This document shows positions 1-10,296 of a stretch of 64,000 bases of DNA, in pieces. The stretch comes from an uncultured Christensenella sp. (GTDB lineage Bacteria > Bacillota > Clostridia > Christensenellales > UBA1242), in NCBI GenBank assembly GCA_949290565.1, contig CASESH010000018.1:1585-65584 (forward strand), in the 5' to 3' direction. Numbering within the stretch: the first letter of the stretch is position 1; each line of letters starts with the position of its first letter. The notes below the pieces were generated by a model, which saw only the letters and a program-made list of their open reading frames with translations, was not told the DNA's origin and did not search any database. The position numbers were made by a program, and so were the translations under genes.

Positions 1-551
1 GTCTTACCAAACAAAATCTCCTCACAAGACAATTTATGAATTGAATTTGTTTTTTCACATACAATCACATTATAGAACATTTTACCTTGTTTTGCAATAA
101 CATCTTTATCAATTTTAAAGCAGTTGTTTTGTAAAAATTTTCTAACCTCAACAATATTTGTTTGAGGTTGTAATATAAACTTTTTAAACTTATTACTATA
201 AGGTCTAGACAAAATCTTAATAATTTCCATACCACCCATACCGGCAATGATTATTTGTTCTGGCAACATTTTTGAACAGTTAATACCTAAATTTAATTCT
301 AAACTATTGTTTTGTTTAGAAAAAACATCTAGTCCATCACCTACTAAAAAACAAGTTTTTCCCTTATAATTAATTAAATTTTTTACTGCTTTACTTAAAC
401 ATTTTTCACTCTTATCTGTCAAAAAACTAAAATCAATCAAATTATTTTCTAATAAAAACTTAGTGATATAACCATGGTCAGCGCCAATATCTGCTACGAC
501 TTTACAATCGACAAACTTACAAATTGTTTGTATTCTCTTATCTTTAATCAC
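1..551 (-). CDS. trmK: tRNA (adenine22-N1)-methyltransferase TrmK, 3' end runs off the window
   Basis: Not in the ORF track; translated by hand from GTG at 551: [28 protein letters not shown]...GDGL...IIIAGMGG...FILQPQ. These are TrmK motifs, in the usual position after sigA. Confidence 0.9.
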   Translation of the reverse strand, partial: MIKDKRIQTICKFVDCKVVADIGADHGYITKFLLENNLIDFSFLTDKSEKCLSKAVKNLINYKGKTCFLVGDGLDVFSKQNNSLELNLGINCSKMLPEQIIIAGMGGMEIIKILSRPYSNKFKKFILQPQTNIVEVRKFLQNNCFKIDKDVIAKQGKMFYNVIVCEKTNSIHKLSCEEILFGK

Positions 552-1599
552 AAAAACCTTCCAACTTTTTGCATCTATTTGGATGACGAAGTTTTCTAAG
601 AGCCTTGGCTTCAATTTGTCTAATTCTTTCTCTTGTAACAGAGAATTCTTTACCAACCTCTTCAAGTGTTCTAGGGTGAGAGTCATCCAAACCATATCTT
701 AGTCTAATAACTTTTTGTTCCCTAGGTGTAAGTGAATCTATTGCTGACATAAGTTGTTCTCTTAAAATTAACTGAACAGCATTTTCAATAGGAGAAGTTA
801 TCTTATCATCTTCTACGAAATCACCTATTCTACTATCTTCTTCCTCCCCAACAGGATTTTCAAGTGATATAGGGTCGAGTGCTATTTTTTGAATTTCACA
901 AACTCTTTGTTCTGGAATTCCCATTTGTTCGGCAATTTCTTGTGCTGTTGGGTCTCTACCTAATTCTTGCATAAGTTGTCTAGAAACTCGTTTTAATTTG
1001 TTAATTGTTTCGACCATATGAACAGGAATTCTAATTGTCCTTGCCTGGTCTGCGATAGCACGAGAGATTGACTGTCTTATCCACCAAGTTGCATAAGTTG
1101 AAAATCTAAAACCCTTAGTATAGTCAAATTTTTCAACAGCCCTTAATAGACCTAAATTACCTTCTTGTATTAAATCTAAAAATTGCATACTTGTCCTACC
1201 AACGTATTTTTTTGCAATACTGACAACAAGACGCAAATTAGATTCTGAGAGTTTTTTTCTTGCATACTCATCTCCCTGACTCATTCTCTTAGCATATTCA
1301 ATTTCTTCCTCGCTTGTGAGCAAAGAAACCTTTCCTATATCTTTTAAATACATCTTTACAGGGTCATCTACGCTAACCTGATTTGCAATTTGAGTTATAT
1401 CTTCAATTTCTTCACTAACATCAGTTTTATTAACCTTAATTCCGTGTTCTATTAAATAAGAAACAACTTCCTCAATCTCTTTTGCAGAAGCGTCATATTT
1501 AAGTAATCTTAAAACAATTTCTTCTTCATTTAAAATTTTCTTTTGTTTAGCAATTTCAATTAATTTGTTTACCTCTGGTTGAAACTTTTCGTTATACAT
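544..1599 (-). CDS. rpoD: Primary RNA polymerase sigma factor SigA/RpoD
   Basis: [51 protein letters not shown] motifs; follows dnaG. Confidence 0.98.
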   Translation of the reverse strand: MYNEKFQPEVNKLIEIAKQKKILNEEEIVLRLLKYDASAKEIEEVVSYLIEHGIKVNKTDVSEEIEDITQIANQVSVDDPVKMYLKDIGKVSLLTSEEEIEYAKRMSQGDEYARKKLSESNLRLVVSIAKKYVGRTSMQFLDLIQEGNLGLLRAVEKFDYTKGFRFSTYATWWIRQSISRAIADQARTIRIPVHMVETINKLKRVSRQLMQELGRDPTAQEIAEQMGIPEQRVCEIQKIALDPISLENPVGEEEDSRIGDFVEDDKITSPIENAVQLILREQLMSAIDSLTPREQKVIRLRYGLDDSHPRTLEEVGKEFSVTRERIRQIEAKALRKLRHPNRCKKLEGFCD

Positions 1600-1603
1600 T
1601 CAC

Positions 1604-3385
1604 CTATCTCCAATTTTTAATTTCTTTTGCAATATTATTTAATTTAACAGCAATTTCTTTTCTCTTTTCCAAATCAATCTCATTTTTAAAAGCCTGAGTA
1701 AGTTCTTCCTGTTTATTTTTTAATTCTAAATATGATATTTTCTTAATACACTCATTAAAATAAATATCTAAATTATCTCCAAAATTATTAAAATTAAAAT
1801 TAATAATTTCAGCAATATCAGGATTATTTTCCACATCAAAATAGTCAAATAGCGAACTAATTGTATATGATTTATTATTTATACAACAATTTTTTGCAAA
1901 GTTAAAGAGTTTGTTGTAATTAGAATTTTGAAATGTAAAATCCTTATCTAAAATTCCCTTAGCATAATCTTTTTTATGGATAATACTAGCGAGAATAAAT
2001 TGTTGAGCCTTTAAATAACCCTCCGGCCTTGAAATTAAGATGCTATTTTCATCCTTGTCTTGTTTAGGCAAAGTTGTCGAGTTTGATAATATATCTCTCC
2101 TTAGAATATCTTGCGAGATATTTGTTTTTTTTGAGATAATTTTTAAATATATTTCTTTCTCACTATTAGTATTTAGATTTGAAAGAATTTCCATACATTG
2201 ATTAATAAACTTATTCTTTTCAAAATTATCTTTTAAATTGTGATTTTTTTCAAGCAGGTTTATCTTAAATTCTATTCCATCAATAGCATTATTGATACAG
2301 TCATTTAGTTCAGAACTACCATATTTTTTCAAATACTCATCAGGGTCAAGATTATCTTTTAGACTAACAACCCTAACTTCAAGTCCAGCACTAAGTAAAA
2401 TATCAATTGCTTTATAAGTTGCATTTTGTCCAGCGCTATCTCCATCAAGACACAAAATAATTTTATCAACTAATTTTTTTAATTCTTTTGCGTGATAAGG
2501 TGTTATTGCCGTACCCATACAAGCAACAGAATTTTTAAATCCAGCCTTGTGCATAGCAATAACATCAATCGTACCCTCACAAATTATTATATAATCTAAT
2601 TTTTGATGTTCCTTTTTAAATTGCTTAACATTATAAATATTATAAATTGTTTTACTCTTATCAAAGACGATTGTTTGAGTTGAATTCCTATATTTTGCAT
2701 AATTAGGATTATTTTCTAAACTCCTTGCAGTAAAGCCTATACAATCGCCTAAGTTATTTAGAATAGGAAAAATTAATCTAGTTGCAAAGACATCATAAGG
2801 TTCTTTATTGTCGTTATAGTCAACTAATCCGGCAAGATTCATAGTCTTTAAATCAACATTATTTTGACTTAAATACTTAATTAAACTTTTCCAATCAGGA
2901 CTATAACCGATATTAAAATCTTCAATTACCTTACTATTAAAATCTCTTTTTTTTATGTAATCAAGAACTTTACTATCACTTGTACTTTTAAGACATTGAC
3001 AATAATAATCCTTTGCCAAGTTTAAAGCCCTTAAAACTTTTTCTTTTGTCCTTAATTTTTCCATATCTTCCATAGTATTTGAATACTGAGGAAGTTCAAG
3101 TCCAGCAGATGAGGCAAGTAATTTTACAGCCTCATAAAAAGAGAGATTTTCATATTTTTGAATGAAAGAAATGACATCTCCACTTTCTCCACACCCATAA
3201 CAATGATAAAATTGTTCATCTTCATTAACAGCAAAAGAAGGCGTTTTTTCAAAATGAAATGGACAGCACGCCCAAAAAGTCTTCCCTTTTTTTTCCAACG
3301 TTATAGATTTAGACAAAACAGAAATTATATCGTTTCTTTCCTTAACCTGAGCAATAAATTCAGCAGGAAAACCACGATTAATCAA
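1604..3385 (-). CDS. dnaG: DNA primase
   Basis: Zn finger CPFH...CYGC, KYRNS, Toprim EGTID and LCLDGDSAG, DPDE. Confidence 0.97.
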   Translation of the reverse strand: MINRGFPAEFIAQVKERNDIISVLSKSITLEKKGKTFWACCPFHFEKTPSFAVNEDEQFYHCYGCGESGDVISFIQKYENLSFYEAVKLLASSAGLELPQYSNTMEDMEKLRTKEKVLRALNLAKDYYCQCLKSTSDSKVLDYIKKRDFNSKVIEDFNIGYSPDWKSLIKYLSQNNVDLKTMNLAGLVDYNDNKEPYDVFATRLIFPILNNLGDCIGFTARSLENNPNYAKYRNSTQTIVFDKSKTIYNIYNVKQFKKEHQKLDYIIICEGTIDVIAMHKAGFKNSVACMGTAITPYHAKELKKLVDKIILCLDGDSAGQNATYKAIDILLSAGLEVRVVSLKDNLDPDEYLKKYGSSELNDCINNAIDGIEFKINLLEKNHNLKDNFEKNKFINQCMEILSNLNTNSEKEIYLKIISKKTNISQDILRRDILSNSTTLPKQDKDENSILISRPEGYLKAQQFILASIIHKKDYAKGILDKDFTFQNSNYNKLFNFAKNCCINNKSYTISSLFDYFDVENNPDIAEIINFNFNNFGDNLDIYFNECIKKISYLELKNKQEELTQAFKNEIDLEKRKEIAVKLNNIAKEIKNWR

Positions 3386-3459
3386 AACAACAACTCCTAT
3401 TTAAATAACTAACTACTCTATATATACAACACTAAAAAGAGATTTCCTCTTTTTTTCAT

Positions 3460-3490
3460 AAAAAAAAGTCAAAAATTTTGACTTTTTTAA
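3460..3490 (-). terminator. Intrinsic terminator downstream of fakA
   Basis: aaaaaagtcaaa-aa-ttttgactttttt inverted repeat flanked by A/T tracts. Confidence 0.6.
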
Positions 3491-3562
3491 AAAATCACTT
3501 AATTTTTTATTCAATTAGGTTATTTTTTCGCCCACTTTTTTTCATTTTGAATAAAAAAACAA

Positions 3563-5197
3563 CTATTCAACTGATAAAATATAATAATATACAGGTTGCC
3601 CACCACAAATTGCATTAAACTCACACTGAGGGAAAACTTCTTTTAAATGTTCTTGCAATTTAATTGCATCTTCCTCTTTAACTTCTTGTCCATAGAATAA
3701 ATTAACATTTGCAGACTGTTCATCAATCAATTTTGAAACTAACCCTTCGACCGTTTCAGGAATTTCCTTACCTTTTGCTAAAATTGAATTGTTGTCAAGT
3801 CCTATTATTTCTCCTACACTTAAATCAAATCCATCAACATGAGTAGCCCTAACTGCATAAGTTACACTGCCTGTCTTAACGTTCTTCATTGACTCAGTCA
3901 TAACCTCAATATTTTCTTCAACGCTACTTTCTGGGTTAAAAGAAAGACAAGCAGAAATCCCCTCTGGAACACTTCTAGTTGGAATAACAACAATATTTTT
4001 ACTTGTTAAGTCTTTCGCTTGTTCAGCAGCAAGAATAATATTTTTATTATTTGGTAAAACAAAAACTGTTTGAGCGTTTACTTTTTCAATAGCCTCAGCA
4101 ATGTCATTTGCGCTAGGATTCATAGTTTGTCCACCTGTTATAATGTGATCAACCATTAGGTCTTTAAATAATAGTGCAAATCCATCTCCTGCTGAAACTG
4201 AAACAATCCCCATTAATTTTTCAGGCTCTTTCTTTGTTTGTTCCTCTTGAAGTTGCCTATTTTTTTCAAGCATATTTTCGATTTTTACATTAGTAATTTC
4301 TCCAAGTTCAAGGCCAAAACCTATTGCCTTTTGAGGTTCGTTCGTTAGGACTTGTGCTTTTACTAAACTCAAATCCCCCAAACAAATTACAGAATCTCCA
4401 ATTCCAACAAGTAGTTCTTTTAATTTATCAATATCACTTTGAGTAGTCTTCTTGTGCATATTGATAATGTTGTATTCAACTGAATATACAAATTGAATTT
4501 CAACAATATCGACAGCAACATTTCTATCTTTGTCATTTTGAAAATCAACATTAGGGTCTAAATAGTCAGCATTTGAAGAAATATCCCCTTCAAGAGCCTT
4601 ATAAAATCCTGTAAAAATTACTAAAAGTCCTCTACCACCAGCATCGACAACGCCCGCTTTTTTAAGAACAGGCAATAGTTCAGGAGTTTGCATTAAAATT
4701 TCTTCGCCCTTATCAATCACATTTTTTAAGAAAATCTCAAACTCACTATGTTTTTTACAAACACTAACAGCATAGTCGGCCATGACTCTAATTACAGTTA
4801 AGATAGTACCTTCCTTAGGTTTTGTAACAGCCTTGTAGGCAATGTCTGCCCCCTCTTTCATTGCAAGCGCAAAATCTTTGGTTTTTACCTCAGTGCATTG
4901 ACCTAAAATTTTAGACATACCCTTTAAAATTTGAGATAATATTACGCCTGAATTTCCTCTTGCTCCTCTTAAAGCACCCTTTGTAACAGCCTCAGCCAGA
5001 CTATCAAAATTATTATTTACACACTCATTAACTTCCTTTGTTGCTGACTTAAAAGTCAAATTCATATTAGTGCCGGTATCCCCATCTGGAACAGGAAAAA
5101 CATTTAATGAGTCAACATATTTTCTATTTTCATCAAGCAAACTGGAAGCAGTCAAAATCATCTTCCTAAACATTGCTCCATTGATTGATTTTTGCAA
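3563..5197 (-). CDS. fakA: DAK2-domain fatty acid kinase subunit A (YloV/FakA family)
   Basis: LNVFPVPDGDTGTNM, GARGNSGVILSQ, VVDAGG, GGQTMNPS, GGQPVYYY motifs; follows the Asp23 gene. Confidence 0.93.
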   Translation of the reverse strand: MQKSINGAMFRKMILTASSLLDENRKYVDSLNVFPVPDGDTGTNMNLTFKSATKEVNECVNNNFDSLAEAVTKGALRGARGNSGVILSQILKGMSKILGQCTEVKTKDFALAMKEGADIAYKAVTKPKEGTILTVIRVMADYAVSVCKKHSEFEIFLKNVIDKGEEILMQTPELLPVLKKAGVVDAGGRGLLVIFTGFYKALEGDISSNADYLDPNVDFQNDKDRNVAVDIVEIQFVYSVEYNIINMHKKTTQSDIDKLKELLVGIGDSVICLGDLSLVKAQVLTNEPQKAIGFGLELGEITNVKIENMLEKNRQLQEEQTKKEPEKLMGIVSVSAGDGFALLFKDLMVDHIITGGQTMNPSANDIAEAIEKVNAQTVFVLPNNKNIILAAEQAKDLTSKNIVVIPTRSVPEGISACLSFNPESSVEENIEVMTESMKNVKTGSVTYAVRATHVDGFDLSVGEIIGLDNNSILAKGKEIPETVEGLVSKLIDEQSANVNLFYGQEVKEEDAIKLQEHLKEVFPQCEFNAICGGQPVYYYILSVE

Positions 5198-5266
5198 TTT
5201 AATACTCCTCCACGGTTGTGTTTTATTATAAGACTAATTTAATTAAGTCGAATTTACATAAAAAAA

Positions 5267-5617
5267 CTAAATCCTTACCCCGATTACTTTTATATTAACT
5301 GCATCAACAATCATACCTGTAAATTTTTCAACACTATATTTAACTGTACTCTTTACACTATCACAAACCGCCGTTATTGAAACGCCATATTTTAAGATAA
5401 TGTTTAGGTCAACAGTAATGTGATTATCAACACTAGTTATCTTTACCCCACGGGAAAAGGACCTATTTTTAAAAATCTCGCCAAAACTCTCTTTTGCACT
5501 CCTAGTAACTAAATCAATAACTCCATAGCAATCAAGAGCATTATAACCTGCAACTACTGCAATTGCATTATTATCTATTGTAATATCCCCAAAAGCGTTA
5601 GATGTTTTAACGAACAT
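5267..5617 (-). CDS. yloU: Asp23/Gls24 family protein (YloU-like)
   Basis: G-x-I-x-I...IAVVAG...CYGV...GVKI...YGVSI...VKYSVEKFTG pattern; standard partner of yloV. Confidence 0.9.
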   Translation of the reverse strand: MFVKTSNAFGDITIDNNAIAVVAGYNALDCYGVIDLVTRSAKESFGEIFKNRSFSRGVKITSVDNHITVDLNIILKYGVSITAVCDSVKSTVKYSVEKFTGMIVDAVNIKVIGVRI

Positions 5618-6060
5618 AACAAATTCCTTTCATAAAAGTTTGTTGGTTCTGACCAACTTACAACTAGTATAATACAACATTTAGTTTGATAGCGCAAGTA
5701 TTTTAAGTAAAATTTTTAAACTAAGATTTACAAAAAAAGTAAAATATAAATGTTTAAAAAGATTTAATAATACAAACATTTTTAAAAAATCTAAAAGTTT
5801 AATCTAAATTAAAAGTTATAAAATTTATAAAATTTTTTCATACTTCAATTTAAAAGAAATATTTAGTAACATAATAGAATTAATCATAAATAATATCTAT
5901 TCATTCAAATTTAATTAATTCTTTTTTAAATGAATTTTTTAATCTTTTTTAAAGTAAGTATTTTCTTATCAATTTAACTTAATTTTAAATTTGCATAGAA
6001 TACTAGTATAAAAATAATAAAGTATATATGTTGTAATTTTAAAATATTTTATTTTAGTAA

Positions 6061-6083
6061 AAAAGAGAGGATTTTCCTCTCTT
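6061..6083 (-). terminator. Intrinsic terminator
   Basis: aagagagg-atttt-cctctctt hairpin with an A-tract to its left (U-tract on minus strand). Confidence 0.6.
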
Positions 6084-6222
6084 AGTTATTTAAATCTATG
6101 TAATGTTTTCTAAGAATTAGTCTAACAAATTTAGACAATAATTTAGGTACTTTAATACAAATTATTTTCATCTTAATAACCTACCTTTTCAAAACATTAT
6201 ATGTTTTAAAAAAGTAAAGTTG

Positions 6223-6809
6223 TTACATATTCATACCTTGTTTTGATTCAAAATATTGTTTTTTTCTTAACGAGTGTTTTTCTAATTCATTAACAACACT
6301 CAATCTTTCTTGTTTTGTTAGATTAGAAAAATCTCCTTTACTTTCTTTTTTATACTGGGCAATACTATCAACTTTGTATAACATTAAACTAGCATCGCTT
6401 GCAAATAAATCCTTTACATATGGAGATGTCTTTTCATCATACGACAATTCGATATAATCTCGCAAGTTGTCAAGACTAAATTGAACATTACCATTATATT
6501 CCCTATAAATTTTTAAGAAATTATTTATTTGATTAAATAACCTGAAATATCTTCTTTGCTAATTCTCCTCAATTTTATAGAATTCAAAACCTCTTTGACC
6601 ATACTGAAAAATCGCTCACTTGTAATATCAGAAATATCTATCTTGTTATTGTTACTATCTATTAAATAATGCTTACATACTTTTTTAGATTGACCTTTTA
6701 CTATTCTTGCAGCATAATTATACAAACTCTTTTCTTCTTCAATATTTTTTTCATTTTTTTCATAAACTTGTAAATTTACCATTACAAAAATTCCCTCCTT
6801 TATCTGCAA
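6223..6809 (-). pseudogene. Hypothetical gene split by a frameshift (ORFs 6525-6809 and 6223-6465)
   Basis: The downstream ORF's frame is already open from ~6560, overlapping the end of the upstream ORF (...LFNQINNFLKIYREYNGNVQFSLDNLRDYI). One frameshift would fuse them. Confidence 0.5.
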
Positions 6810-7066
6810 TTAATAGTTTTTTTATTAGTATAATTGATAAGTAAGTTTAATTACAAAAAAATTTAATTTTTTAAATATTTTAACATTTTATAATTAATTG
6901 TCCGCTAAATAAAATTAAATTTTTAGTCAACTTCTACTTCTTGTATTGTATTATAATTTATAAATACTATCAACATTCACTCAAAAATCATCACTTTGGG
7001 CACAAAATTTAAACTATTCATTATTAAACAAATATTATTATATTTTTAACTTACTAAAATACTTAT

Positions 7067-7714
7067 TTATCTTAACATATTTACAGCCTTTACCTTATCT
7101 TTGCTAGAATACAAATAATTTCCCACAACTACAATACTAACACCCAACTCTTTTAACTTTGCTATGTTACTAAGATTTACTCCACCATCAACTTCGATTA
7201 AACAATTTAAATTATATTCATTTAAGAAATCTTTAACTTGTTTTATTCTTTTAAAAGTAGTTTGTAAAAACGACTGTCCACTCTTACCCGGTTCAACACT
7301 CATGACTAGAACAACATCACAAAAGCACAAAAATGGCAAAATCTCATCAACGCTAGTATTAGGTTTAAAACTTAACCCCGTAAAACAATCTCTTTTTTTT
7401 ATATCTTCTAGCAATTTAACTAACTGCTCTTTATTAGCAAAACTTTCATAATGTAAAGTAAGAATATTAGCGCCATTTTTTAAATATTTTTTATATGTCT
7501 TTTGAGGATTTTTTATCATTAAATGAACATCAAGTGGTTTTATTGTAGTCTTTTTTATTGATTTTAAAAGAGTATAATCAAATGTTTTTGCACTAACAAA
7601 CTGTCCATCCATAACGTCACAATGAATATAATCTATTCCGGTATTTTCAAGACTAGTTATATAATCTAACATATTCTCTAATTTTGGTGGATTTGTTGAA
7701 GCACTTATAAGCAT
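7067..7714 (-). CDS. rpe: Ribulose-phosphate 3-epimerase
   Basis: HCDVMDGQFV, LDVHLMI, VLVMSVEPG, IEVDGGV motifs. Confidence 0.96.
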   Translation of the reverse strand: MLISASTNPPKLENMLDYITSLENTGIDYIHCDVMDGQFVSAKTFDYTLLKSIKKTTIKPLDVHLMIKNPQKTYKKYLKNGANILTLHYESFANKEQLVKLLEDIKKRDCFTGLSFKPNTSVDEILPFLCFCDVVLVMSVEPGKSGQSFLQTTFKRIKQVKDFLNEYNLNCLIEVDGGVNLSNIAKLKELGVSIVVVGNYLYSSKDKVKAVNMLR

Positions 7715-7719
7715 ATTTT

Positions 7720-8760
7720 TTACTCCTTATTAATAAATTTCCTTCTAAGTTGACCACAGGCGCCATCTATATCGTTTCCCAAACTTCTACGAGTAGTGAC
7801 ATTAATATTATAGGACTTTAAAACTCTTGCAAAATCATCAACAGTTTGAGGACTGCACTTTTTAAAATTATTTTCTTTAACTTCGTTAAGGTTAATGAGA
7901 TTAACAATGCAATTAAAATTAGAAAGCAACTTTGCAAGTCTTAAAGCGTGTTCTTTTGAACAATTAATTCCATCAATTAAAATATACTCAAATAAAATTC
8001 TTCTATTTGTTTTCTTGAAATAATATCTACAAGATTCTAAAAGTTTATCAATTTGATAGACATTCGCAATGGGCATAATTTGTTTTCTAGTCTGGTCATT
8101 ATCAGCGTGGAGCGAAATACACAAGTTAATTTGATAACCCGAATTTGCAAGTTCATAAATCTTATCTACAATGCCACAAGTACTAAGTGAAATATTTCTT
8201 TGAGAGTAATTAAGCCCGTGTTTGTCAGTTGCTATATTAATAAAATTTAAAACATTATCAAAATTATCAAGAGGCTCACCACTTCCCATTAAAACAATAT
8301 TTGTAACCTTTCTATCTTGTAAATTTCCACCAAGATAACAATTTGCTACAATTATTTGAGATATAATCTCGCCACTACTTAAATTTCTTACCAACCCATC
8401 AAGGCCAGAAGCACAAAATTTGCATTTCATTCTACAACCAACCTGAGTTGATACACAAAGAGTATAACCAAATTTATAATTCATAAGTACGCCTTCAACA
8501 ATGTTGTCATCATTTAATTTGTATAAAAACTTTTGCGTTCCGTCTTTTGATTTTTGACAATGAATAACTTCTAAACTCTTATCATCAAAATCCTTTTTTA
8601 TTTGACTTTTTAAAATATCTGGAATGTTAGACATTTCATCAAGCGACTTTCCAGCGTGAAGTTGATTAAAAATTTGTTCAGCCCTATACTTTGGTTGAGA
8701 ATAACTAACAACTAAGTCTTGTAGTTTTGAAAAACTTAAACTAAGTAAACTTTCTTTCAT
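7720..8760 (-). CDS. rlmN: 23S rRNA/tRNA m2A methyltransferase RlmN
   Basis: CVSTQVGCRMKCKFC radical SAM motif, MGSGEPL, DIDGACGQL. Confidence 0.96.
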   Translation of the reverse strand: MKESLLSLSFSKLQDLVVSYSQPKYRAEQIFNQLHAGKSLDEMSNIPDILKSQIKKDFDDKSLEVIHCQKSKDGTQKFLYKLNDDNIVEGVLMNYKFGYTLCVSTQVGCRMKCKFCASGLDGLVRNLSSGEIISQIIVANCYLGGNLQDRKVTNIVLMGSGEPLDNFDNVLNFINIATDKHGLNYSQRNISLSTCGIVDKIYELANSGYQINLCISLHADNDQTRKQIMPIANVYQIDKLLESCRYYFKKTNRRILFEYILIDGINCSKEHALRLAKLLSNFNCIVNLINLNEVKENNFKKCSPQTVDDFARVLKSYNINVTTRRSLGNDIDGACGQLRRKFINKE

Positions 8761-8761
8761 T

Positions 8762-9709
8762 TTAACCTCTAACTAAATACGTAGATGGAGCAATTTTTTT
8801 GCCATTTAAATAAGACTTTGAACTCATTACTTGTTTATTTGGGGCTTGAATAGTATCTAGCAATACATATCCATCTTTACATTTAACAACAAGTCCCTCT
8901 TTGGATGAAGCAATCACTACTTGACCATTTTTAAAGTTATTTTCAGTTATAACCTTGTCATATGGTTTAGCACTAAAAACTTTTAAAAAGCTATCTTCAA
9001 AGTAAACTCTTGCAACCGGCCATGGATTTAATCCGGCACAAAAATTTGAAATTTGTATAGGTGTTTTGTCAAAGTCAATATATGAATTTTCTTTGTCAAG
9101 TTTTGGGAAATATGTTGCTAAACTCTCATCCTGCGGAGTGTAAATTGCCTTAAAATTCTCAATCTCATCTAAGGCCTCCACTAGCAAATCTCCACCAAGT
9201 TTGGCAAGTCTTAAAGTTAATTCTCCGGCTGTTTCTTGTGGTAAAATATCAATAGATTTTGACAAAATCATATCTCCCTTGTCGAGTCCTAGAACAGTTT
9301 GCATAATTGTTATTCCCGTTTGTTTCTCGCCATTTATTAAACACCAATTTATAGGACAACTTCCTCTATATTTTGGAAGGAGTGAAGCGTGAACGTTTAT
9401 AACTCCAAATTTTGCTAATTCTAAAATATTCTTTTTTAGTAATTGCCCAAATGATGCCGTAACTAAAATATCAGGAGAATATTTTTTAATCTCACAAACA
9501 GCAGTTTCTGTACTAACCTTTTCATACTGCAAAAGAGGTATATTATTTTCAATACTAAAAGTTTTAACCTCATTATAGGCAAACTTTTTCCCTCTACCGA
9601 CCTGTTTGTCAAGATTTGTAATAGCACAAACTACTTGATGTTTAGAACAAAAAAGTCTTTCTAAAACAATCTTAGAAAATTCTGCACTTCCTAAAAACGC
9701 AACTTTCAT
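8762..9709 (-). CDS. fmt: Methionyl-tRNA formyltransferase
   Basis: INVHASLLPKYRG, LDKGD, GLNPWP motifs. Confidence 0.96.
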   Translation of the reverse strand: MKVAFLGSAEFSKIVLERLFCSKHQVVCAITNLDKQVGRGKKFAYNEVKTFSIENNIPLLQYEKVSTETAVCEIKKYSPDILVTASFGQLLKKNILELAKFGVINVHASLLPKYRGSCPINWCLINGEKQTGITIMQTVLGLDKGDMILSKSIDILPQETAGELTLRLAKLGGDLLVEALDEIENFKAIYTPQDESLATYFPKLDKENSYIDFDKTPIQISNFCAGLNPWPVARVYFEDSFLKVFSAKPYDKVITENNFKNGQVVIASSKEGLVVKCKDGYVLLDTIQAPNKQVMSSKSYLNGKKIAPSTYLVRG

Positions 9710-9722
9710 TTTTCCTCCGAAA

Positions 9723-10160
9723 CTACTTAACTAAATCTATATATAAAATACCATTTAAATGGTCGAACTCGTGACAAAATGCTCGTGCCATAAAGTCACT
9801 AACTGTCATTGTAACCGGGTTGTTGTATCTATCAACAAATTCCATAGTAACAGTTTTTGGACGAACAACTTCTTCACTTCTATTTGGAACACTAAGACAT
9901 CCTTCCTGTCCCTTTTGTGTGCCAGACTGTTTTTTTAATACAGGATTTATGACTTCTAGGTAATAGTTGTTCAAACTAATTACAAAAACCCTTTTTAAAA
10001 CTCCAACTTGTGGAGCAGCAAGTCCTACACCATCAGATTTTTTTAAAGTCTCTTTCATATCATCTAAAAGTTCAAACAAACTTTCATCAAACCTTGTTAC
10101 AACTTTTGAAGTCTTTCTTAATAAATCATTTTCATAAGTAATAATTTTTCTTATTGCCAT
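9723..10160 (-). CDS. def: Peptide deformylase
   Basis: GVGLAAPQVG, EGCLS, HEFDHLNG motifs. Confidence 0.97.
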   Translation of the reverse strand: MAIRKIITYENDLLRKTSKVVTRFDESLFELLDDMKETLKKSDGVGLAAPQVGVLKRVFVISLNNYYLEVINPVLKKQSGTQKGQEGCLSVPNRSEEVVRPKTVTMEFVDRYNNPVTMTVSDFMARAFCHEFDHLNGILYIDLVK

Positions 10161-10296
10161 TTTTTCTCCTTGTTAAAACTGTGTAAAAATTTTTGATTAT
10201 AGGTGTATTTAATTATAAAATTTAATTACATAAAAGTAAAGATATATTAAAAACTTTAAGTTTTTTTAAATTTAGAACTAAAATTTGCTATACTAA

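Noticed and set aside
65..247. 60-aa ORF at the window start
   Set aside because: Out-of-frame overlap with trmK, which occupies 1-551.
5618..6222. rpmB (L28) expected next to the Asp23 gene
   Set aside because: No L28-like ORF could be read in this AT-rich spacer.
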